DNA of 64,000 bases from Rhizodiscina lignyota. Lineage: Eukaryota. A model generated the notes under the pieces. It ran no database searches and was not told the DNA's origin. It worked only from the letters and a program-made list of their open reading frames with translations. Shown here piece after piece: positions 26,526 through 38,115 of the stretch; within the stretch, counting starts at the first letter, position 1, and each line of letters starts with the position of its first letter. A program made the translations under genes and the position numbers. Where the stretch lies: the NCBI GenBank assembly GCA_010015805.1, contig ML978124.1, positions 1,302,001 to 1,366,000 on the forward strand, read 5' to 3'.

Positions 26526-27311
26526 GTGCTGCAATGTGTTGTAATCCTGCAGCCGCCGCTCTACACCATTATGGACTTGCAACTGCTCTTAGAATTCTCA
26601 TCGCGATGTTCCTTGCAAAGTGGCGACTCAGAAGCCGCGATTCGGGATCGATGTGAGAGGGTTGGAGTCATGGTGTTGAACAGCAGCTCCAGATCTTCAC
26701 TCCTTACATACTACCAAGCCATTAGTTTCGGTTATACGATGCTGTGGAGGGAGCGACCATGCCTTTGCTTACCCCGGTGCCCGTGCCCGTCGTCTTCCGT
26801 GGACGCAGCACAACGCACGTTTTCGCTCATTGTGCGAGTTGCCTAGACTGACCTGCAGTTAGACGAAGCATTCAATCGCTTTGGTGGCGTGATGCGAGGT
26901 CGTCGAAGATCCAGATTTCCCCTGATTGCCACGCTTTCGGTTGACGATGCAGCCAAGCAGAGCCGCTCAGCATTAGCCACATCGTCAGTGAGTTGATGTC
27001 CCAAAAAGCATGATTTTGCGAGGTTCCAATCGGACTCCCCGGTTCGTCTCCAATTTGGAGACCAGCTCGAACTAGAGTCGATCGCCGTGGCGAGGGCCCT
27101 TTCCGTTGGTCTGGCCACACGTGATGAAGTCGCACGATTCCTCCCATTCCGGAATGTCGGTAGGTACGGAGTATTATCTGGAGTGTTCCGCCTTATCGCA
27201 GGGCTCAAACAATCGACGATCTCTGAAGGAAGGAGGATTCTGCTTGCAGACAGCCCCCAAGCCCAACCTCCAACTCCTCCTCCAACCGCGTTCACATGTT
27301 CCGGACCCTAA
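26526..27311 (+). pseudogene. Possible decayed Rho-family small GTPase-like sequence
   Basis: One frame stays open for about 260 codons apart from two stops (26844 TAG, 26994 TGA) and carries collinear GTPase-like remnants. YLECSAL (27175-27195) lies in an adjacent frame. Confidence 0.3.
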
Positions 27312-30300
27312 TGTGATAGACATGGCTAAATTGAAGGAATCTAAATGAAAAAGGTAAAACAGGGCGCCACGCCCCCTCCCCCGCAATAGCAACATGCCAA
27401 CGCCAGACTATTAACGCTAGCCATGAGCTTAAATCCAATCTTAAAAGCACGCCCTCACATCGCAAGAACCGTCTGATTCTTGCAGCTGTAAGCTGTTGGA
27501 TTTGCCGATCGACAGCAACGAACATGGCTGCCGCCAAGGAACGAGGAGAGCTGAGATTCCATACTTACCAGCAGTAAGCACATTTATCCTCGTTTGCGGG
27601 CGTGAAAGTCCTGCCGAGATCCATCCAGCTGTGCCTCAAGCCCTATCATGCGGTATCCTTCGCCGCCAAGGATCTGCGCTGTAGGAAGGGTGTACACAGC
27701 ACCACGACATGCAAACGGGAACCCCGTGAAGGTCGAGAAGCTGTCCGGTGATTGCCGGTGAATATGCTTGCCACGGATCATCGTGGGCGTGCAAGATGCA
27801 CGTCAAGAAGCAGTCTGCAGTCAGACTGTTCCCAGGCATCAGGACCAGCCGTTGTTGCAGAGTATTTGCTCAAATCACCGTCGAACAACACTCGTTGGCA
27901 TTGAAACATCTCAGCCATTGAGAGCCGAAAGCGAACATTTTGCGAAGCGCGCTTCCGACTGGCGAGAGGCGACGGAGAGTGGAGAATGTGGGTGAAGGGC
28001 TTCACAGGCGAGCATCCAGATCCTGCGTAAGCGCTAGGGCTCATGTACATGTACTCGTTCCGAGAATCTGAGACGTTGTCAACGTGGTGCGCGCGCAATC
28101 AGCTGGAGTACAGGTACTTGCGATGGCTTGGGGCGCCCGTCATGGGGAAGTGTTGTCCGTACCGCAATGTGCTATGAGCAAATGTAGAAGTCCGCATCCT
28201 CTTTATTCGTCGCTTCTCCAGAAGGCAGATGGCGGCTTGACATGGATTGCGGAAACACCATTCAGGAATCAGTACTAGCCACTCGGAGATACTAACGCCG
28301 AGTCAAATATGGGGGCGAGTGCTGAATACCGCAACAGCATCGGTTTCGCAAAGCAAGACGGACAACTAACAAAGATGCGGTGAAGACTTGACAAGTTCGA
28401 GATAGGTGGTTGATCATGAGGTCGAAACTTCCCTCTGCAACCTCGCCAATCAGCATAACGCTATAGAATGGAGACTCAATGCTCGCTAATAGTACTATAA
28501 GTTGATATTCTAAGATAGCTATATTGCCGAGCTGGAAGTGACACGTTCAGATGCCTGAGGCCATTAAAATGACACTAGACCCACTCGTGGGGGTTGGATA
28601 GTGTGTCGCTAACGGAAGAGAGTAAAGTGTGTGTAGTGGTGGAGAGACAACGTCTGCAATAGAGACTAAGGGAGCAGGAAACTGAGACAGCAGCGCCAAG
28701 AGGTACGTACCTCTACCCGATGAGTTCGCGTAGAGATACTCGGCGTTACTCACTGCATGCTGCAAATTATTAGGAATACCTGCCCCGTGCGAGCTGGGAG
28801 GCTCAATTCAACTTAATTGCAGAGTCGAAATTCGCCCGCAGAGATGGCCCGATGATCGCGAGAGAATTGTGCAATTGTCAACAGAGCCTCAGACCCTTAT
28901 GGTTCGCGAGCAAGTACCGGTATCCACAGTGGCCAATATCGTGATCCCTATGGCGTCTGTGCGAGCAAACGAGTCCATGGGCGCTCCCGCAAATGCACAC
29001 AGAGCAATGGCCATGCTTGGACTTCTTACCGTTGGTCCCGTTAACCATGGATCCGGTGCGTCCCAATGGGAAGCTAGTCGTTTGCCAGAAGCGTTTAATA
29101 TGCGGAACATCGGGGGAACTCAAATACTGTCAATGCCATTGTGGATGAGACACGCAGTCTCTCCGCAGCACGAACCCAGCGCGGGCATACGCACAACGTC
29201 GCGAAGTACCCGCCCGCTTAGTACAGCGTCCTCTCCACTCTGCCCTCCATGCGCATATTCTTCGAAAGATGTGGCCGTACCCGAAAGCCGAGATCGGCGC
29301 CCTGCTGTGACAAGCGCTCGCGAGGGTCGCTCAATGGTCTTCCGGGACAGGCGGCCGCTCCCGTCCCTCGATACGTGCGTGAAATTGACAGATGGCACAG
29401 ACCGCTCGTACAGAGCGGTACATGTCTCGCGAATGGGGCAGCTGTGTCGACACTCGACGCTGGCACACGTCTCGCAGGGACCCTTTGAACACCTCTGCTC
29501 CCCTCGCTTTCGCAAACATACAGCCCGTCCTGGGAGCCTTGCATGCATTGCCGCGTTGCCGCCGCGATGCGGAGAGCGTAGGTCTCGCAAAATAGCTTGG
29601 CGAGACGGCAATGAACGGCTTCCGCCTCGCTGAGGTTGTTGTTGCCCGGAGTACTGGTCGGTCAGATCGTGTTGTGCTTCGCTGGGCGTTACTCGGTCAG
29701 AGCGTTGGAGGCTTGTGTGGGAGAGTGGGTTGGTGAGTGGAGAACGAGAGCGAAGCCGTTGGCCATGCGACTTGGCTTGCTGCACTGCGTCAGCGCTAGG
29801 CAGGGCGGATGAGCAGCGCAAGGTTCGGGCACTCAGATAGCCGGGCAAGCCTTACAGGGAGACGCGGCTCACGAGCCAGATCAGACGTATAGAAGCGCGT
29901 CTAGCACCGGCAATGTTGCCGTTCCTGGCCGACGCCCGTTGTGCGTGTTGGCTCGTGTGTAGATGCGCTGATGGTCAGGGATGCGGGGACATGAGTTCGA
30001 GAGAGGGGGAGGGGATGACAGGGGAGGTCTGGATGCTGGTACATATCGATGTATTCAAAGGACCAACAAGTTACAACAACTCTGGAGAGCAGGAAGAGAA
30101 GAAGGCGTTTCGAGACAAGGTCTGGTGCGGGGAACGAGTCGATCAGTCCTCCAGAAGGACTGTTGGTGCGCCAGCTCAGTGTACAATTGGACAAGAACGA
30201 AATGCAAATGATACTCGAAAAGGTTGGAAGTGGCAGTAGGTACCTCGGAGAGGGTCTGCTTTTTGCCGCGCCCTGCGTCAGAACAGCAATGCTAGAAAGA

Positions 30301-30660
30301 TATTGGGACATTGGAAGAAAGGACTGCAAAGTTTCCCATGCGCTCTGAATGCCCGATTAGTCGAATTCCCATCCCGCGTGCTCTACTTCTCAGGAACTGT
30401 GGCAGCGAGCACCCTCTCGCGCGAATAGGGGAAGCATGCTCGCGGCGTTGTGCTACAGTGCTTCCTGCTCGGCTTCTTGCTTCAACCGTTGGTGGCTGGT
30501 GAGGTGCAGGAGGCTCGGAGGAGATGGGAGCGAATGATTCCACGCCGCCACTGGTGCACCTATAGGCCGTACATAATCATTAAAATTGAACGATAGTATG
30601 TATTGATCGCCGGTAAGGAAGCACGCCGTACTCAACACGTCAATGATTCATGATGCCTGG

Positions 30661-30750
30661 GGCTGGGTGGCCGAAAGGTAAAAGTCGCCTGACCGATAGC
30701 TATTGCCCGGAAACCTTCAGGAAATTCAGGGTGGAAATGTTCCTCCAGCA
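30661..30750 (+). pseudogene. tRNA-like relic (degenerate, possibly intron-containing)
   Basis: GGCTGGG pairs with TCCAGCA at 6 of 7 positions. A-box-like TGGCCGAAAGG. Anticodon stem CCTGA/TCAGG. The spacing for variable loop plus T arm is correct (22 nt), but the T arm is broken. Confidence 0.25.
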
Positions 30751-31641
30751 ATTAAGGTTATAATTTTAGCAGCCAGCTTGGTAAGTGCGCCACAGCTGCA
30801 GCAAACCCTGAGAGAGCGGCCAATGTGAGCCCAGCGATGAGCATGTACGCTCGACGTGCCAAATGGCTGGTGAGGAGGCGAGTCACCGCAACGGCTTCTT
30901 TCCGACGATGTCGACGTCAACGGCAAGCCGTTCATGTTCTCTGGTTCCCGGGATCCTTCTTGCCTGTAAATGAAGCGTGGCGGCTGCAGCTATCTTGGCG
31001 CGAGTGAGCAATCTTGGAATGCAGGAAGCACTGCGAGAGGGCCAAAAAACCGGGCTTGCAATAACGCGCATAAGCGGAAAATTGCTGTCGATCTGACTCT
31101 GTGCATTCGCCTGTCACTGCTGCAGCCGTTGAGTGGCTCAAGACTGTCGGAGAGGAATGGACCCTGGCTTGAAACACAGGGCCGCTCGACACCTCCCGAG
31201 GCAGGCGTTGATAATGTGCTGATGGAGGCGATTATGTGTGAAGGACATGGTAGAAACTCATCATGGACGAAGCTCACGAACGCTGACCAAACGGAAAAAT
31301 CGACTCTCAACCGCCTATTTTCGCATCATGAGTATTCGTGAGAAAATAGCGTGACTGTGTAAAGTACATAGGATGCTACCGCCTATTCGGCCTGACAAAT
31401 GCAGTTATGAATGACCCAAAATGATGTTTCCCGTGAACCGGTTACATGCCTCTGCTCCAAAGCACTTGAGAATGATCTCAGAAAAAATGACGACATGCGT
31501 ACATGACGCCGTAGGATCTAAGATCCTGGCCATGCTGGCCTTGCTGCTCGCCAGCTGACATGAGATGCAAAAAATGAACGCCAGCTTTTTCGTCCCTTTG
31601 TTCCAAAATATCGCCTGCAGGTATTTCCATGAATTTCAGCC

Positions 31642-33947
31642 TCATGACTCTTCGTGTACTTCGTCAATGACACCCGGGATTGCTGTCGAAGGGTTGCCGT
31701 TTAGCCCGATTGGACTGCTCAATGCGCTGCTGAGGCTGCTGAGACTTCCCATCCTCTCTTTCTGGCCAATTGATGTTGGTACGGCTGGTGGCGGCTCATC
31801 CTTCATACACGCGTTTTCCAACATGTTCGTCCACTTTCCGCTCGCTCCAGCGTGGCTATGCTTCAAATGTTGTCGGAAATGGTCTGCCCTGAAGAACTTT
31901 TTGGCCTGGTTGCATTCCCCATATTTGTGCACGTGATCCAGATGCTCACTCCTCGCGTCCCAATTCGGAGGGTTTGGAAACTCCTCGCCGCAATATCCAC
32001 AAATATCAGAGGCAGAAGGAGTTTGACCGTTCGGGTGGAAGGCCGCGTGGACGCCAGCGAGCGCGGCGCACGACCACGAGTGTCGTCGTAAATGCAATGA
32101 GTTTTGGTGACGTTCGGCCTCATTCTTATTTTTGAATCGGTTTGGACAGTACTGGCATTGATACTGTTTCTCCTGCTCGTGAGCACTAATTCAATGTCAG
32201 CGTGTTGTCTTACGATAAGCTGAAGTTGCGCGCCAAGCCGAGTACTCACCGCAGTTCTTGAGCGCTGTCAAATTTCTTCGGCTTCTTGGGACAGCACTCG
32301 CAGATGTAGATGCCCTGAATTTTCTGGTTTGACACGCTGTTTTGGCGTGAATGGGGCGCGCTGTCCGTCGACATTTTTCGACTTTGTGAGGGTTCGCTCT
32401 CCGAGAAGGTACGTTGGTGGGGTGGCTTCGACACCGAGCTTCTAGGACTGGGGTTCAGGGATGTGCTAGCTGCATACGGCGACATTGGCCCGTAATCGGT
32501 TTCCACGGACGGCGACAGTGCACTTGGTGATAATCTGTCGCCATAGCTCGTAATACTGCTGGCTACCGAGTGGTTCCATGACATGTTTGATGCGTAAGAG
32601 CCAGTCTTCTGCCCAAGCGAGGAAACGGATGACATCGACCCCTGCGCCGGATGATATCTTGAGACAGGAGAAGCGCGGGTATTGAGCATTTGTGCCGATC
32701 GCCGATGGTACAAGTCGTTGCCGGCGCTTGCACGATCCTCCCTGAGGGATTCCGATGGGGGCGATGGGGCGCGTCGCTTCATTGGGGGCCCAGAGCCCAA
32801 CTGGAAGTCGTCCGAACCTCCAGGGCTCCGCTCATTGAGGTTAAGATCCCTCATGGTATTCTCTTCTATTCCAAAGTCGGCATCCATGAACATGCTCTGG
32901 TCATCGCTCCCACGCTTTGACCGATTGTCATCATATGTGTCCGACGTGGAAGTGCTGTTGTGACGACGGGAGTATGGGTCGGGATGGGAAGGTTCGAAGG
33001 GGCTTCGGAAGGCGGTGGTGCCAGGCGAGACTCCCGACGACGGAGCGCTAGTCCAGCGCGTCAATGGCGAGTCGTTGGTGTTATTGTAGCGTCTGTCAGG
33101 CATTGAGAGAGGTTTCAGTTGTCCACGAGGGCTTCGAGACGTTGGTAGAGGTGGAGGATCTTGTGAGGTCGGAGAGAGGAAGGAGCCACCACCAGCACGA
33201 CTGCCTTGACTGCCTGTGTTAGGCCCACCCATCTTCGCTAGTAATTGTTTGTCGTAGGCCTGCGATGAGTTTTCAAGCGATCTTTGGCCCAACTGACTTT
33301 CGCTGTGAAGCCTACAAGAGTGGAAGCTGTCAGTCCTCGATAGTCTTGGTGGACTGCGCATGGTGTGAAGGGGTGCAGGGTTGTAGGATAGATAAGCGAG
33401 AGGGTGTTTGATGCCATGCAGCATGCAGCGGCAACGTGCCTTAGAAAAGATAGAAATAGGACTCGAGTACGTACCTGCGAGAGACGACAGACGGCCTTCT
33501 TGAATGAGTGCGTTCGTCATCACTTTGATCGAAGAAGTCGCCATTCATGTCTGTGTCGACGGTATGGATGGTGGTGGTTGAGCTGTGCCGCCTTCCACTT
33601 GCTCCATCGAGCATCTCAACATCTTCCCCTAAAGCTTCTCTCTGCGCGTGCAGATTACCGAGCAAGCTGAAACCCGATCGGATCGAACCGAATCCGGAAC
33701 CAAATCCGGCCTCATGATGAGGACTGCCAACTTGCCATGACGGTAGCTCCTGGGGACCAGTGTCCAATCCGCTGATGTAACGAGGCGGCGGCAATGGCGG
33801 AGGCGGAGACTCTCGCGCGTGAGGTATTGGCATTGGAGCCGCCGGAGTGGAGCTGTGTGAAGGGATACGACGCGGCAATGAATACCGTCCATGGCGCGAA
33901 GCCGAATCATATACCCGGATCGAGGGAGGACTACTTGTGTGCGACAT
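31642..33947 (-). CDS. nsdC: C2H2 zinc-finger transcription factor, NsdC-like; exons 33947-33475, 33311-32250, 32185-31642
   Basis: Ser/Pro-rich N-terminus, then YICECCPKKPKKFD..LR|AHEQEKQYQCQYCPNRFKNKNEAERHQNSLH, CGYCGEEF and ECNQAKKFFRADHFRQHLKHSH. The symbol rests on my recollection of the Aspergillus NsdC C-terminus. Confidence 0.75.
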
Positions 33948-34079
33948 TGTTATAAGGTAGGAGCACTGTGAGGTGCTTGCCACGAGCTGAGTGGTCGGCA
34001 GCTACGGTAGTGGCGAAGCCAGGAGTGGATGATGGCGCGTAACGGCAGCCAGCCACTTATTGGGTGTAATTGGAGGCTG

Positions 34080-34099
34080 CTAGGGCAGAAAGGTTAGTA
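34080..34099 (-). promoter_or_regulatory. 3' end of a 5'UTR intron of the nsdC-like gene
   Basis: On the minus strand: perfect TACTAAC branch site (34099-34093), pyrimidine tract and TAG acceptor ending at 34080, 133 nt upstream of the ATG. Confidence 0.6.
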
Positions 34100-37000
34100 A
34101 GGCGGAGGTGCCAGCAAGGAAAAAATAAAATGACGAGCGTGAGTGGAGTGGAGCGAATGTGTGACAGAGAGGTGGGTACGGCACGGCGGTGACAGACATT
34201 GTCGGGAGCACTACGCCATGACGGAAGCAAAGAAAAAAGTGTGATGATGCGGCAGCGCGGGAGGCAGGAATAGGACGGCGACGGTCTAAAGGGGAACAGG
34301 AAGGGAGCAGCTGCACGTTTGTGTAAGAGGAGGCGAATGACAATGCGAAAGGGGAATGAAGGGAAGCGTGTTGGTGCCTCGGGAAATGTAGCAGCGACAG
34401 GATGCCTCAGGTGCTAAACTTGCTAAGGGAGCTCTTTGGGGGGGAGGATGGGCGAAAGCGAGGGCTAGCGTTTCTCACGAACGCCGCCAGCCCTTCAGCC
34501 TTCAGCCCTATGCGGTTTCGCTTTGAGGGGTGGAGGGGGGAGCTCGGCCTTGCAGCCATGAGGCGCGAGCGTGCGAAGGGCCCGCTGCACCAAGTGCTTG
34601 CAAGGCGACAACTTTCTTGGAAGAGGCGTTTTGCTGATGCAGCCGGATGCGCTCCAGCACACGCCGCAGCAAGTTAGGAAACACGTACCTCGAGTCAGGC
34701 CTGTTGGCAGACGAGAGCGGGTTGAGTAGTGAACAAGTTGTGCGCGCACAGCCACGCAAGCAGCTGCCACACCAAGAAGGACGAGGCGGATGCGAGACCG
34801 AGGCAGCACTGAGAGCACTGCGACAGCAGCTGGCGGCGACTCGGGAGAGCAGCTGATGGCCGGCGAGCTGGCGAGGAGCCAGTGAAGGCGCAGGCTGCGA
34901 GCGCTCTCACCGAATGGGAGGCAAAAGCGCGTGGAGAACGTGGTGCGGGCGTGCCTGGTGGTGAAGCGAGGTCGTGCAGACGCGATGTGGTGATGCTCGG
35001 GGGAATGGCACAGTATTATTGCTGCAGCGATGCCATATCCAGCTGGGAGCAGAGGGCTGAACGCTCGCCAAGACGCCGCCGGGCCGCAGTGATTCGACGC
35101 TGCTCAAGGGCGGTCAGGCGTGCACTGATGGCCGCGCTTCCTCACTCGAGTAGGTGATGTCGAGAGGTTGGATGGATGGATGGATGAGCAGACCAATGCA
35201 GCGCTGGCAAGAAGTGGACCGCGCGCGAGAGGGATCCGCGCTGATTGCCAACGCGTAGCAGAAGGGATTCAGGGACTATTGCTGCGGGTATTGCTGGATG
35301 CGACTCGAGCGGATGGGTGTGCAGGAGTGGTATTGGAGTGGGCAGACATTACAGCAGTACAACGACGACGGCGGGCGTGGGAAGAGAGATATGTTGGAGA
35401 CCCATGCCCGGCGTCGGGGTCAGTGGCATAAGAGGTCATACTCCATCATCCATAATCCACATAGTGCGATGAGGCAGCATCTGGCGCGCATCCAAGCAAT
35501 CGACAGGGCTAGCTGACGTCCAAAGTCCACGAGCAACAGGCAGATGGCAGAATTCCACACTGGGCCAGCGCCCCGTTCCTCGAGCAGCAGCAGCGCCGCA
35601 AGGATCGGTCGGTGGGTTGGGTGAGAGGCGAGTCAAGCAGGGCTGGACAGATTGGACGAGGGAGGATTTCTCACACGCTGCAGCCCGTCCTTACTCGAAC
35701 CAGCCCGGCGGCGCTCGCACTCGATCAGCACCCCTACCCATACCTTGTGCCGAATTCTGCACCACGCGCGCAGGGCCGCGGGCAAGGCAGGGCGAGCCAG
35801 GCGCAGAGGCAGGGAGCGTGAGTAGCCGTCCACAGGCATCCCGGCCGCGGCGTGCAGCGCCAGACGACTGTGAGTGAAATGGAGCGGACTGCACGGACAG
35901 CACAAAGGCATGTAGCATGTATCCTCTGCCTGCATGCTCACTCAGTACATCAGTATAGTCCCTCTGCGCGCGCGCGTGTATGTATCGTAATGTACTGAGA
36001 CGTGCGTACAGTATCACGCTCTTTCCGCCCTCGCGCCGTCTCTTACGGCGCTCGTAACGACAGCTGCAAGAGAGTGTTCGTACATGCGCCTGTGGAGAGA
36101 CACTCACCTCGCGAACAGTCGGTGTTCCTACGGCCCAAGACCCCGACGTCCTAAGCAGAGCAGCAGCAGCTCCATCTGATTTAGTCATGCTGCTCGCCCC
36201 CTTTGCCTGCCTCCCAATGTGCCCATCTTACGCCAGCTGTGCCTTAGTGATGAAGCCGATGCGGCGAGCGTCGTCTGCGTCGTCCCCTCGGCCACAGAGG
36301 CTCTTCCAATCAGTCGCTCCGCCCTACAAACTTGCTTCTTTGCCCTACGCCTCCTGCAAGCTGCCCGCCAAGAGTCGTCTACGTAATTAGCCTTGCCGCA
36401 CTAGCTCGCGAAGCTGCGGATAGGGCTATCGCCGTCACAGAGAAGCGGGATCAGCCTTATGGACGGGTGGGTCTGTACCCTCAGATTGGCATCGTCGCTC
36501 CCGTTTCCCCACCCACAGGCATTCAGGCATCATGCCGGGACTTGCTCGCTGCTCCGTGCCGGTTCGAATGGCGCACACCACTGTGCCGGACGACTTCATG
36601 GACGGCCAACACGGACTGACTGATGTGCTTTGGGAGCACTCTCTTTCCCACCGTTTCATGTAACGAGGCCGAGTTGTCGCTTGCTTGCTTATGCCTTTGC
36701 TGATGTCCCGTTTGCTCGACCTCGCTGTGCTGCTGTAAGCAAACGCTCCCCACACACCAACACGACTCGAGGGTGTCATGTATATGGCCACCCACAAGAT
36801 CGGGGCGGCGCGCACGCCTTGCAAATCCCAAATCTCATCGACGGAAGCCGCCTGGAGCGAAAGCGCGCGTACGCATCCTGGATTTTGCATTTCGCTCTCC
36901 AACCGCCAACGGCGCAACGCTGGTCAAACGCTGCCACGACAGCGCATGGGCCGCCCGTTGCATCATGGTGACATTGGAGAACGGGCAGCAGGCAAAAGCA

Positions 37001-38115
37001 AACGGCCCACTTGCCGGCGTGAATTCGCAGTCCCACCAGCACGGAGATGAAGATCAATTCGCGGAGAGGTAACGAGGGCGCCAAGAAACGCAAACGTACT
37101 GCTCTTACTCAATGGCCTGCGCCGGTGGGTGTATCGATGTCGTGAGCAGGTGCCAGGTCCGAGGTACCAATTAGTACCGCCGTCCTGCGCATGGAGATGT
37201 TTCCTCATCGGCGTAAGCGCGAGCGCTGCATGGCATGCGAACGTTCAGTGGGCGAGTGGGCGATGGCTTAGGCGTACTTTAATCAGCGCCCCTTCTGGGA
37301 AAAGTGGCCGTCCTCAAACGCTGCAACGTGCCAGATGCACGATAGCGTCCAGCAGGGCCGAGGGTACCCACTCTTTTTCGAGCATCCCCACAAAGCTGTG
37401 GCAGTGTCTCGCATCTAGCACCGGGAGCACGGTTAGGAGGAGAGGTACGGCGGAGTACAGACTGGACGTCGTGACTTTCTCCATAAGCATCTTACTGAGA
37501 TGCCACAGCCGGCGTTTACGGAGCGCGCTGAGCCCGTGGAGCTGGACGTGCTCGCAGGATCGGGATAATACAGCTGTGAATATTCGAAATCATTGTGCGG
37601 CCAGCGCTGTACGCACGCAGGGGCGCTGCGGCCCCAATGCTCCTGCATCGGATCCGATCCAGATTATTAAATCGCCGTCGGTGAAAGGCAGCGGAGGGCG
37701 AGGAGGATGCCAAGCGCGCAGCTGGGATGACTACGATAATTAGCGGTGGAAAAGGGTGATAATTGTGCTATTAGCGGCATTGAATGGGTAGTGCGGCAAA
37801 TCGTCAATAATCGATAATTAACGGAGCAAGTGTCCTGATTCATCATGATTCATGCCGCCGCAAATTGCTCTCTACGGCGCGCCGAGGTGGTGAGGCCCAG
37901 GGAATCTAGGCCGCGGATAGGTAACAAAGTCTCGTCCCCTCAACACCATGCTGCTCGCATTCGCTTGCATCGACACAGCTCACACTACAGGCGGCCGCTC
38001 CAGTCCAGACCTCGCGCGCCCATTGAATGGTCAGTGCCGTCTTCGATAGATCGCATCGCAAAGTTTCTCTTCTGGACGCGTTCTATCCGCACGCAACCGT
38101 CATCCAACCACCGCC

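Noticed and set aside
27561..27569. ATACTTACC, identical to the 5' end of U1 snRNA
   Set aside because: No U1 stem-loop I motif or other U1 features follow. It is more simply a minus-strand donor-like GGTAAGTAT or chance.
28869..29848. Overlapping 254-aa (+) and 242-aa (-) ORFs
   Set aside because: Both have non-ATG starts, Arg/Ser/Pro-rich composition typical of spurious GC-rich frames, and no domain motifs.
35169..35185. Short (GGAT)n run; similar short runs of CCTAT near 59571 and ATGCC near 59148
   Set aside because: Ordinary 3-4 unit microsatellites with no spacer structure; not CRISPR-like.
34400..37750. Many 60-200 aa ORFs upstream of the nsdC-like gene
   Set aside because: They overlap in all frames without motifs, consistent with GC-rich promoter or UTR sequence.
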